Assembly: GCA_964471015.1 (NCBI GenBank)
Contig: CAYYFT010000001.1
Location: 1-33,054, forward strand
Length of the DNA: 33,054 nt
Direction: 5' to 3'
DNA from: an uncultured Pirellulales bacterium
Lineage (GTDB): Bacteria; Planctomycetota; Phycisphaerae; Sedimentisphaerales; Anaerobacaceae
Of this stretch, positions 1 to 7,641 are shown one piece after another. The notes beneath the pieces were generated by a model. It did no database searches. It saw only the letters and a program-made list of their open reading frames with translations, and was not told where the DNA came from. The stretch's first letter is position 1, and each line of letters begins with the position of its first letter. The position numbers were made by a program, and so were the translations under genes.

Positions 1-823
1 GGACTTCGCTCTGCCTGCCGGGCGGGAAATAATCGAGGATTCGTGTTACAGTTCCAGTAGCGTCTCTTGTGTGGAGTGTTGAGAAGACGAGGTGACCTGT
101 TTCGGCGGCCATAAGCGTCATAGCAATTGTTTCCGGGTCTCGCATTTCGCCGACGAATATTATGTCGGGGTCCTCACGAAGCATTGCTCTTAATCCGTCA
201 ACAAAGGATTTAACGTCTTTTCCGATTTCCCGCTGTGAGATTATGGAATGCTTCTGCTGGTAAATATACTCTATGGGGTCTTCGACGGTGATGATTCTGG
301 AGGCGTGTTTTTCGCTGATTCGGTCGATTAGAGAGGCGATGGTTGTAGATTTTCCTGCTCCGGTGATGCCGGTTATGAGGACAAGCCCCTGCTTTCGGTT
401 GATGATGTCTTTCCAGATGTCGTTGGGAAATCCGGTTGTTTCGACTTTTGGTATGTGCAGAGATAACGCCCTGATTGCGGCACAAATGCCGTCATTTTCC
501 TTAAAGACGTTTATTCGGAACTGAAGTGAACCATATCTGTAAGAGGAATCGACGTTGTATTGGCCTTGCAGCTTGCTTAAGTTTTCGTCACTTAGAAGTG
601 GGTAGATAAGCTGCTTTGCGATTTCTTCAGTTACGGTTAGTCCTTTGAGTTTTACGAGGTCGCCATCGATGCGATAAACGGGAGGGACTCCGATTTTGAT
701 ATGCAGGTCTGAGACCCTCATAGCACCTTTTTCCTCGAAGTAGGCGAGCATATCGAGAATGCTCCATTTACCGAGGTTTTCGGTAGAATAGACCTTAGCC
801 GAAGCGGGGTATTGTTCAGACAT
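1..823 (-). CDS. pilT: Type IV pilus retraction ATPase PilT (twitching motility), C-terminal part cut off by the window edge
   Basis: Absent from the supplied ORF track because it runs off the window. My reverse-strand translation from ATG (823-821) gives MSEQYPASAKVYSTENLGKWS...VSDLHIKIGVPPVYRIDGDL...GLVLITGITGAGKSTTIASLID (Walker A)...IITVEDPIEY...DPDIIFVGEMRD (Walker B)...AETGHLVFSTLHT (His box)...ILDYFPPGRQSEV. The frame is open to base 1. The motif order is typical of PilT/GspE-family hexameric ATPases, and the short N-terminus fits PilT rather than PilB. Confidence 0.9.
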   Translation of the reverse strand, partial: MSEQYPASAKVYSTENLGKWSILDMLAYFEEKGAMRVSDLHIKIGVPPVYRIDGDLVKLKGLTVTEEIAKQLIYPLLSDENLSKLQGQYNVDSSYRYGSLQFRINVFKENDGICAAIRALSLHIPKVETTGFPNDIWKDIINRKQGLVLITGITGAGKSTTIASLIDRISEKHASRIITVEDPIEYIYQQKHSIISQREIGKDVKSFVDGLRAMLREDPDIIFVGEMRDPETIAMTLMAAETGHLVFSTLHTRDATGTVTRILDYFPPGRQSEV

Positions 824-986
824 ATATCACCTCTGCATAAAGCGGAAGAGTAAATTGGCTGTTTATTTTAACTATTTTACCGCAGTAAGGGATGAGTGGC
901 AAATTATTATGTTTTTTTGTTGGCCGGCCAATTCTGCCCGGAGGGGCGACAAATCACAAAATAGCAGGGAGTAAATTTGGTTTTTA

Positions 987-1016
987 TTGGCTTTGTGGCG
1001 GGGTGGCGGCTATAAT
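987..1016 (+). promoter_or_regulatory. Candidate sigma70-type promoter for lptD (-35 TTGGCT, 18-nt spacer, -10 TATAAT)
   Basis: TTGGCT at 987-992 and a perfect TATAAT at 1011-1016, about 58 nt upstream of the GTG start at 1074. Pattern match only. Confidence 0.25.
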
Positions 1017-1073
1017 TTTGCGCTACGTATTTGGTTCCTCCTAAGGGGGAGCTTTTCGTGAAAAGGCAAGGAT

Positions 1074-4000
1074 GTGCGAAAGAAAAAGTTATTTATTTTG
1101 GTTATAGCGATTTTTGGCTGTGGGGCGGTTTCGTTTGCCATCGAGGGTGGGGTTTCTCGGCAAAGGGCTCAGCCCTTTGTGGGCCAGGACTTGCACCTGT
1201 CGGGGCGGGAGGTCACAAGCTACCAGATTGATACCGGCGAGCATACACTTGTTTTCCAGGACGGATTTTCGATGTCGATAGGGGCTAATCAATTTTTTAG
1301 TGATAGTGCGGTGGTGTGGCTGGAAAGCGTAACAACCGAATTTCTCGGCAGAACTCAGATTGATTATAAGGTGGGGGCGTATCTTGAGGGCAGTGTGTCG
1401 GTTAAAAAAGGCAGAAGTGCCAGAACGACTGATTTGAGCCAGACAGTAGTTGAAGACGGCGGGTCAATGGTTGTTCAGTTTGATATGAGCGGTGAGGTTT
1501 TTGTAACGGCGGATAGAAGAGAGATTGCCGACCCTCGCGGATTAGAGCTTTATAAGAAAGCTGATGCGGCCGCTGTGCCAGTTGGGCCAAAGTTTGTTGT
1601 TCAGCCGGAAGCACTGGTACCTGAATTGCCGAGAGAGAAAATTTGGCCTAAAAGACCTCCTAAAGAGGTAGTTGCTGCCCCCCCAAAACCCGAAAAAGTT
1701 CGCCTGCCTGCTCCTGCAAAACCACGGAAGCCTGGATTGCTTGAAAGGATATTTGTACGAAAGAAGAAGCCGGTCAAAGTGGCTGTGAGGCCGGAAGTGA
1801 AGAAACCCCGCTTTATGTATCCTGTTAATATAGCACCTGCGGGTGAAGTTGAACCGAAGATAGAACGGACTGCGGCGCCGGACGGGACAGAAGTTGCAAC
1901 GGTGACAGGTAGGTTCTATGTGTGGCAGAAGCAGGATGAGGAAGGGGGCCTGCTGGAACTGGAAGCAGATAATGCGGTTATATTTTATTCCGGCCAAAAG
2001 CAGGCTGAGTCGGGAGATGTTTTGGCCAAGGGTGGCGTTCGAGCAATTTATATGTCAGGTGATGTTGTGATGACCGAAGGGCAGCGAACGATTCGGTCTG
2101 ATGAGATGTATTACGATTTTCTGGACAAAAAGGCACTTGCGGTAAATGCGGTGATGAGGAATTTTGATGTGGAGCGTGGGATTCCGATTTATGTTCGTGC
2201 GGTGAAGTTACGTCGGGTAGCAGAGGATAAGTTTTCGGCAGAGAACGCCATATTGACAAACAGTGAATTTTATTTGCCTCAGATTTCTCTTACGGTCTCG
2301 AGTGTGCTTATTACTGATACGACGACTATTGATGCCCAGGCGGGTCGGGTCTCAGATAGTAGTTATGATGTCCAGATGCGTGATGTTCGTTTGAAGGGGG
2401 GTAAGCGAACGCTTTTCTATTGGCCCTTTATGCGTAGTAACCTTGAAAGGCCAGATATTCCTATCAAAAGCATACATACCGGTCATGACAGCATTTTTGG
2501 AGCATTTGTTGAGAGTCGCTGGTATTTGTCTCGTATGTTGGGACTGCGAGAGCCGGAAGGGACGAACAACACTTTGCTGCTTGATTATTATGGCAAGCGC
2601 GGCTTCGGCACCGGTGTTGAAATTGATTATGACAGGGAGAATCATTACGGTGAACTCTTAGGTTATGTGATTAAAGACAGCGGCAAAGACAGGCTTGGCA
2701 GAGCGAGGAGCCGGAAAGACCTTGAGCCTGACCATGAGCTTCGTGGACGGTTTACATGGCGGCACAGGCATTTTCTGCCGTATAACTGGCAGCTTACGAC
2801 TGGGGTCAGTTACATCTCCGATGAGAATTTTATCGAGAGTTTCTATCGTCGTGAATTTTACGCTGGCGAGAAGCAGGAGACGTATGTTCATCTGAAGCGT
2901 CTTCAAGACAATTGGGCGTTGTCTTTTTTGGGCAAAGGGCGCATAAACAAATTTGCTGATGAGCTGGAAGAGATGCCCAGTGTTGAGTTTCACCTAACGG
3001 GTGAGTCACTTCTTGGAGACAGGTTTACTTTGTATAGCGATACCGAAATCAGCCGGTTGCGTCAGAGGATAGGCAAGGACCATTCTGAGCCGGTAGTTTT
3101 AGGTGCAACCCCGCCCGTTGCGACAAATTTGACAGAAATCAGCGAGGAGCGGTTTTTGTTTGTGTCCCACAGGACAGAGCTTGATATGCCAATTTTGGCA
3201 GAGCCTTTTAAGATTGTTCCGTTTTTGGCAGGGACTTTCGGTTATGATGACCGCAGCGGCTATACAAGAACACTTGTTGACGGCAGCAATACGGGCAGTT
3301 TTGGAGAGAAGAATGTTTGGATTGGGGAAGCAGGTGTTCGTGTTTTTCCGCGGCCATATTGGAAGGTTTACCCTAATGTGAAATCTCGACTTTGGGATTT
3401 GAATCAATTGCGGCATATTATAAAACCCCACTTGACGGCGGTTTTTTATGAGGAGAGCGATGATGTTGTTGAGCAGCGTGATACGTTGAACTTAGGTATT
3501 TCTCAGCGTTTGCTAACTAAGCGTGGTTCCGGTGATAGACGGCGGACCATCGAGTGGATGCGTCTGGATACGGACGTTACGTGGGTGAATAATTCGGGCG
3601 GAGCCGATTCCGGGCCTGACAGGTTTATCTGGGCACGTCCGATTGTGCCTCTTCGAGTGCTTTCGGCTCCTGAGATATTTAACGGTGATTTGATTACTCA
3701 TGACGGCGTCAGGGCGACGGGTCTTCACAGATTTGAGATGTTTGGGCCAAGGCGTGATTACTTCAGCGCCGACTACATCTGGCGTATAAGTGATACTTCG
3801 GCATTAATGAGTGATATAAATTTTGATATACAAAGCGGAGTGGTGCAGCAATTTAATATTGGTTTTTCTCGTCTGTGCTGGCCCAATTTGAGTTATTATA
3901 TAGGAAGCAGATATTTAAGGCGGGTGAAGGTTTTGGATGAGGTGGGTTCGAACGCATTTACTTTTGCGATTACTTACGTCCTTGACCCGCGATATACGAT

Positions 4001-4220
4001 TGTTTTTTCACAGGAGTGTGACCTTGACTATGGTGTAAATGTGCGAAGTGATATAACTTTGCTAAGGCGGTATCACAGGATGTATTACGGCCTTACATTC
4101 AGTGCGGATGAGGCGCTGGACAGGCAGGCGATTGTATTTAGTATATGGCCTCAGGGTGTCCCGGAGCTGGGGATAGGGCAGCGAAGATATACGGGTCTGA
4201 CCGGCCCGGCAGGTTATTAA
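1074..4220 (+). CDS. lptD: LPS-assembly outer-membrane protein LptD (OstA family), long form with a Pro/Lys-rich insert
   Basis: 1048-aa ORF with a GTG start preceded by AAGGA. Signal peptide MRKKKLFILVIAIFGCGAVSFA. N-terminal OstA-like beta-jellyroll strands (HTLVFQDGFSMSIGANQFFSDSAVVWL; LEADNAVIFYS...VRAIYMSGDVVMTEGQRTIRSDEMYYD). The segment DVRLKGGKRTLFYWPFMRSNL resembles the LptD FKVGGVPVFYSPY region. The large C-terminal Tyr/Gly/Asp-rich region looks like a beta-barrel. Family assignment is from memory of LptD motifs, not a search. Confidence 0.65.
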   Translation: MRKKKLFILVIAIFGCGAVSFAIEGGVSRQRAQPFVGQDLHLSGREVTSYQIDTGEHTLVFQDGFSMSIGANQFFSDSAVVWLESVTTEFLGRTQIDYKVGAYLEGSVSVKKGRSARTTDLSQTVVEDGGSMVVQFDMSGEVFVTADRREIADPRGLELYKKADAAAVPVGPKFVVQPEALVPELPREKIWPKRPPKEVVAAPPKPEKVRLPAPAKPRKPGLLERIFVRKKKPVKVAVRPEVKKPRFMYPVNIAPAGEVEPKIERTAAPDGTEVATVTGRFYVWQKQDEEGGLLELEADNAVIFYSGQKQAESGDVLAKGGVRAIYMSGDVVMTEGQRTIRSDEMYYDFLDKKALAVNAVMRNFDVERGIPIYVRAVKLRRVAEDKFSAENAILTNSEFYLPQISLTVSSVLITDTTTIDAQAGRVSDSSYDVQMRDVRLKGGKRTLFYWPFMRSNLERPDIPIKSIHTGHDSIFGAFVESRWYLSRMLGLREPEGTNNTLLLDYYGKRGFGTGVEIDYDRENHYGELLGYVIKDSGKDRLGRARSRKDLEPDHELRGRFTWRHRHFLPYNWQLTTGVSYISDENFIESFYRREFYAGEKQETYVHLKRLQDNWALSFLGKGRINKFADELEEMPSVEFHLTGESLLGDRFTLYSDTEISRLRQRIGKDHSEPVVLGATPPVATNLTEISEERFLFVSHRTELDMPILAEPFKIVPFLAGTFGYDDRSGYTRTLVDGSNTGSFGEKNVWIGEAGVRVFPRPYWKVYPNVKSRLWDLNQLRHIIKPHLTAVFYEESDDVVEQRDTLNLGISQRLLTKRGSGDRRRTIEWMRLDTDVTWVNNSGGADSGPDRFIWARPIVPLRVLSAPEIFNGDLITHDGVRATGLHRFEMFGPRRDYFSADYIWRISDTSALMSDINFDIQSGVVQQFNIGFSRLCWPNLSYYIGSRYLRRVKVLDEVGSNAFTFAITYVLDPRYTIVFSQECDLDYGVNVRSDITLLRRYHRMYYGLTFSADEALDRQAIVFSIWPQGVPELGIGQRRYTGLTGPAGY

Positions 4221-4265
4221 GGACAGATTATGATTTTTAGATTTTAGTTTGATAAGGAGAAAATT

Positions 4266-5210
4266 ATGGGGTTGGTTGGCACCAAAAAGATGTTTGAGAT
4301 GGCTTATAAAGGCGGCTATGCAATTGGAGCGTTCAATGTGAACAATATGGAAATCACGCAGGGGATTGTGAGTGCTGTAGCTGAGGAGAAGGCCCCGCTT
4401 ATCCTGCAAGTGTCCAGAGGTGCACGGTCTTATGCAAGTATCAGCTACTTGAATGCTATTATCAACGTGGCAGTTGAAGAAAATCCTGATATTCCCGTTG
4501 TGACACATCTGGACCACGGCGATACCTTTGAGACCTGTAAGCAGTTTGTGGATGATGGCTTTACCTCGGTTATGATAGATGCTTCAAAACTTCCGTTTGC
4601 AGAGAACATCCGAGTTACCAAGCAGGTAGTCGAATATGCACATAGTCATGACGTAGTGGTCGAGGCTGAATTGGGTCAATTGGGCGGAATCGAGGAAGAT
4701 GTTGTTGGAGTCGATGATGTCAGTAAGCACCTATCCGACCCGAACCAGGTGGTGGAGTTTGTTGAGCGGAGCGGCTGTGATTCACTGGCGGTTGCCATAG
4801 GAACCAGTCACGGCGCTTACAAGTTCAAAAAGGAACCGAAGCTGGCTTTCGATGTTCTGCAGGAGATTGGCGATAAGCTGCCGGGTTATCCGCTGGTTAT
4901 GCACGGTTCAAGCAGTGTACTGAAGGAGTTCAAGGACCTTATCAATAAGTATGGCGGTGATATGCCGGATGCTATGGGTGTGCCTGAAGAGGCAATAAGC
5001 CGGGCGGCGAAGATGGCGGTGTGCAAGGTCAATATCGATACAGATTTGCGAATGGCAGTGACGGCTAAAATCAGGCAGGTTCTTGCGGAAAAACCGAGCG
5101 AGTTTGACCCGCGTAAATACCTCGGCCCGGGTAGGGAAGCTATTAAAGATATGGTTAGACATAAGCTACGTATATTGGGTTGTGCCGGGAAAGCAGCAGA
5201 GTGTATGTGA
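4266..5210 (+). CDS. fba: Class II fructose-1,6-bisphosphate aldolase
   Basis: AAGGAG lies 6 nt upstream of the ATG. Motifs: YAIGAFNVNNME, LILQVSRGA, HLDHGDTFE (Zn ligand), EAELG, AIGTSHGAYKF, LVMHGSSSV. These are the class II FBA/tagatose-bisphosphate aldolase signatures. Confidence 0.9.
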   Translation: MGLVGTKKMFEMAYKGGYAIGAFNVNNMEITQGIVSAVAEEKAPLILQVSRGARSYASISYLNAIINVAVEENPDIPVVTHLDHGDTFETCKQFVDDGFTSVMIDASKLPFAENIRVTKQVVEYAHSHDVVVEAELGQLGGIEEDVVGVDDVSKHLSDPNQVVEFVERSGCDSLAVAIGTSHGAYKFKKEPKLAFDVLQEIGDKLPGYPLVMHGSSSVLKEFKDLINKYGGDMPDAMGVPEEAISRAAKMAVCKVNIDTDLRMAVTAKIRQVLAEKPSEFDPRKYLGPGREAIKDMVRHKLRILGCAGKAAECM

Positions 5211-5295
5211 AAGAAGTATGGATAAGTGAATGGGTGCGCGCGTGCGTCGATAAGGAAATGAGTGGACGCATCAACTCATACGCATAAACACGTCA

Positions 5296-7629
5296 ATGAG
5301 ATACAAGATGCGAGATACGAGATACAAAATACGAGGTTTGATTTGTCTGCTCTGGTTGGTGGCGTTTGGGTTGAGTGGCTGTCAGCTCAGAGGCCAACGC
5401 GGTACCGATTTGGTCGGGATTGCAATTCCAAAAGCTGAAATAGCAGAACCCAACGTTGTTGAAATCCTCAAAGTCGAGTTGGCGGAACCCAATGTTGTTG
5501 AAATTCCCAAAGTCGAGTTGGCGGAACCCAATTTCGTTGGAATTCCCGAAGCGGTATTGACTGGTCCCAACGTTTTTGAAGCAGTCTATGAATTGATTTA
5601 TCGGGGTGAATTTGACGCTGCCGGTAAGTTGATAAAATACCAACAGTCCCAGCTTGACCAGTTAGCGAGGATTGTCGCCGAATATCAGACGATAAGTCAA
5701 CGACGCCAGAAAGCTCGCGAGGTTAGATATAAAGAACAATTAGCCGAGCTTGAGAAACTTCGCCTCGCAGCAGATGCCAACGATGCCAACGATGTAAGCA
5801 ATGTAAATGATGTGAATGATATTACAGCGGCGCTGTTAATTATCACCAATGCATGTGAGTTTGCAGACCAGAGGCAAAAGGATGAGCTTCTGTCCAAGTC
5901 ATTTGTAGAGCAAACTATTCAAAAAGCGATGGATAGAGCCGCCGAATTCGGGTCGAGAGGCAAATGGCTCGACGCATATGCGGTGTGCTACAGCTGGCTG
6001 CAGGCCATTGATAAAGAGAATGAGGCGTATTCGGATTATGCCGAGCAGCTTATAGAAAAGGCCAATATTGTGTCGTCTTTTCAAGACAGTCCCTGTGAGA
6101 GCCGGGAGGAACGTTATGAAGGCGTGAAGAAAGAGATGTTTGTCCGTGCGATTGATGCTCTGAGATTCAATTACGTCAGCAGCATTATTGATTATCGCCA
6201 GATGGCGATTGAAGCTATCAAGCGTTGCAAATTGCTGGGTGAGGTGGCTCGTTCATCGCCCACCATCCGTTGCTCGTTAGCCGAATCAGGGTTCGGCAGC
6301 GACGAGAGTAGACTTTCGGCCTGGTCGGCAGGCCTTGATGCGATTTTGGATGAAATCAGCCAGTCGCCCATAGGTGTGAGCAGGGGTGAATTTATAGATA
6401 TTTTCGAAAAGGTCCTGACACTGAATACGACGACCGTGGAATTGCCCCGTCCGTTGCTGATTGCACATTTTGCAGAAGCTTCATTGTCCACACTCGACCC
6501 TTATACCGTTATAGTTTGGCCTAGGCAGGTGCAGGATTTTGACAGGATAATGACCAATGAGTTTACGGGTATCGGTATAGAGATTTCAAGGCGAAAAGGG
6601 CTGTTGACGGTGGTGAGTCTTTTGCCTGATACTCCTGCATACAACTCCGGTCTCGATGCGGAGGATGTGATAGAAAAGGTGGACGGGGTTGAAACGAGGG
6701 ATATGAGTCTTTCGTGTGCAGTTAAGAATATTACCGGTCCAGCAGGTACAGAAGTGAAATTGACGATAAGGCGACCGGGTGCGGACAAGACGAGGGATAT
6801 TACCATAACCCGAGCCAAGATAACTGTTCCGACAATCCGTGGCTGGCAAAGGACCGAGCGAGGCCGCTGGTTGTATATGATTGATGACCGCAGGAAAATC
6901 GGTTATATCCGCATTACCAATTTTTCTGACAAGACTGCCTCAGACCTTGAAAAGGTGCTTGGTCAGCTTGAGGCGGGAGGTTTGAATGGCTTGATTTTGG
7001 ATTTGCGATTCAATACCGGTGGACTTTTAAATGTTGCAGTCAAGATAGCCGACAATTTCCTTGAAGAAGGCCTGATAGTCGTCACTCGTCCCCGGTCATG
7101 GGTTTCGTCGACGTATGCGTCGGCACACAAGGAAGAAACTCATCCAAATTATCCGCTGGTTGTACTGGTAAACCGTTATTCTGCGAGCGCTTCAGAGATT
7201 GTGGCGGGTGCACTGGGGGACCCGCTCCATAACCGTGCGAGTTTGGTTGGGGAAAGGACACACGGCAAAGGCAGCGTGCAAGGGATAGTCTCGTATTCCA
7301 AGGGAGGTGCACAGTTAAAATATACGATGGCATATTATTATTTGCCCTCAGGCCAAAGGGTCAAAAGCCAGGATGAGGTGAAGAAGCAGGATGGGGAGGA
7401 CTGGGGTGTCGGGCCAGATATTGAGGTGAAATTGAGAAGCGATGAAGTTAAAAAGATGTTTGATGTTCAGAGGGATAACGACGTGCTGGTGAAAGCCGAC
7501 CATGACAATGAGACTGCGCCGCTGAAAAAGCATGCAGCCGAAGAAACCTTGTCTGCTGACCCTCAGTTAGCGGTTGGCCTTTTGGTTGTCAGGAGCAAAT
7601 TGATTCAGGGTGGTTCTGGAATCTATTAG
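5296..7629 (+). CDS. ctp: S41 family C-terminal processing peptidase (PDZ + tail-specific protease domains), lipoprotein with a long repeat-bearing N-terminal extension
   Basis: Lipobox LVAFGLSGC after a basic n-region. PDZ segment (GIGIEISRRKGLLTVVSLLPDTPAYNSGLDAEDVIEKVDGVE). S41 catalytic motifs (LDLRFNTGGLL; VLVNRYSASASEIVAGAL; GERTHGKGSVQ). The start could instead be the in-frame ATG at 5308. Confidence 0.85.
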   Translation: MRYKMRDTRYKIRGLICLLWLVAFGLSGCQLRGQRGTDLVGIAIPKAEIAEPNVVEILKVELAEPNVVEIPKVELAEPNFVGIPEAVLTGPNVFEAVYELIYRGEFDAAGKLIKYQQSQLDQLARIVAEYQTISQRRQKAREVRYKEQLAELEKLRLAADANDANDVSNVNDVNDITAALLIITNACEFADQRQKDELLSKSFVEQTIQKAMDRAAEFGSRGKWLDAYAVCYSWLQAIDKENEAYSDYAEQLIEKANIVSSFQDSPCESREERYEGVKKEMFVRAIDALRFNYVSSIIDYRQMAIEAIKRCKLLGEVARSSPTIRCSLAESGFGSDESRLSAWSAGLDAILDEISQSPIGVSRGEFIDIFEKVLTLNTTTVELPRPLLIAHFAEASLSTLDPYTVIVWPRQVQDFDRIMTNEFTGIGIEISRRKGLLTVVSLLPDTPAYNSGLDAEDVIEKVDGVETRDMSLSCAVKNITGPAGTEVKLTIRRPGADKTRDITITRAKITVPTIRGWQRTERGRWLYMIDDRRKIGYIRITNFSDKTASDLEKVLGQLEAGGLNGLILDLRFNTGGLLNVAVKIADNFLEEGLIVVTRPRSWVSSTYASAHKEETHPNYPLVVLVNRYSASASEIVAGALGDPLHNRASLVGERTHGKGSVQGIVSYSKGGAQLKYTMAYYYLPSGQRVKSQDEVKKQDGEDWGVGPDIEVKLRSDEVKKMFDVQRDNDVLVKADHDNETAPLKKHAAEETLSADPQLAVGLLVVRSKLIQGGSGIY
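5300..5334 (+). repeat. Imperfect heptanucleotide tandem array (gatacaa gatgcga gatacga gatacaa aatacga) across the ctp start region
   Basis: Read directly: five consecutive 7-nt units with consensus GATACGA/GATACAA. A related array lies at 19669-19696. Confidence 0.7.
5443..5559 (+). repeat. Three tandem 39-nt (13-codon) in-frame repeats inside ctp
   Basis: Unit 1 (5443-5481) gcagaacccaacgttgttgaaatcctcaaagtcgagttg. Unit 2 (5482-5520) differs at 4 positions. Unit 3 (5521-5559) is more diverged. Partial copies flank the array at about 5425-5442 and 5560-5580. Encodes AEPNVVEILKVEL / AEPNVVEIPKVEL / AEPNFVGIPEAVL. Confidence 0.85.
5773..5820 (+). repeat. Imperfect 9-nt in-frame tandem repeat (gatgccaac x2, gatgtaagc, aatgtaaat, gatgtgaat) inside ctp
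   Basis: Read directly. Encodes DAN-DAN-DVS-NVN-DVN-D. Confidence 0.6.
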
Positions 7630-7641
7630 TAAAAAGGTGGT

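Noticed and set aside
5252-5282. Two overlapping 6-bp inverted repeats (tgcgtc...gacgca and atgagt...actcat) downstream of fba as a possible terminator
   Set aside because: The stems are short and mutually exclusive, and no T-run follows. The aactcatacg part is better explained as part of the dispersed 5' motif reported in the findings.
5443-5559. Whether the 39-nt direct repeats could be a CRISPR array
   Set aside because: The units are contiguous with no spacers, there are only about three copies, they are in frame within a well-supported protease ORF, and there are no cas genes. This is a coding tandem repeat, not CRISPR.
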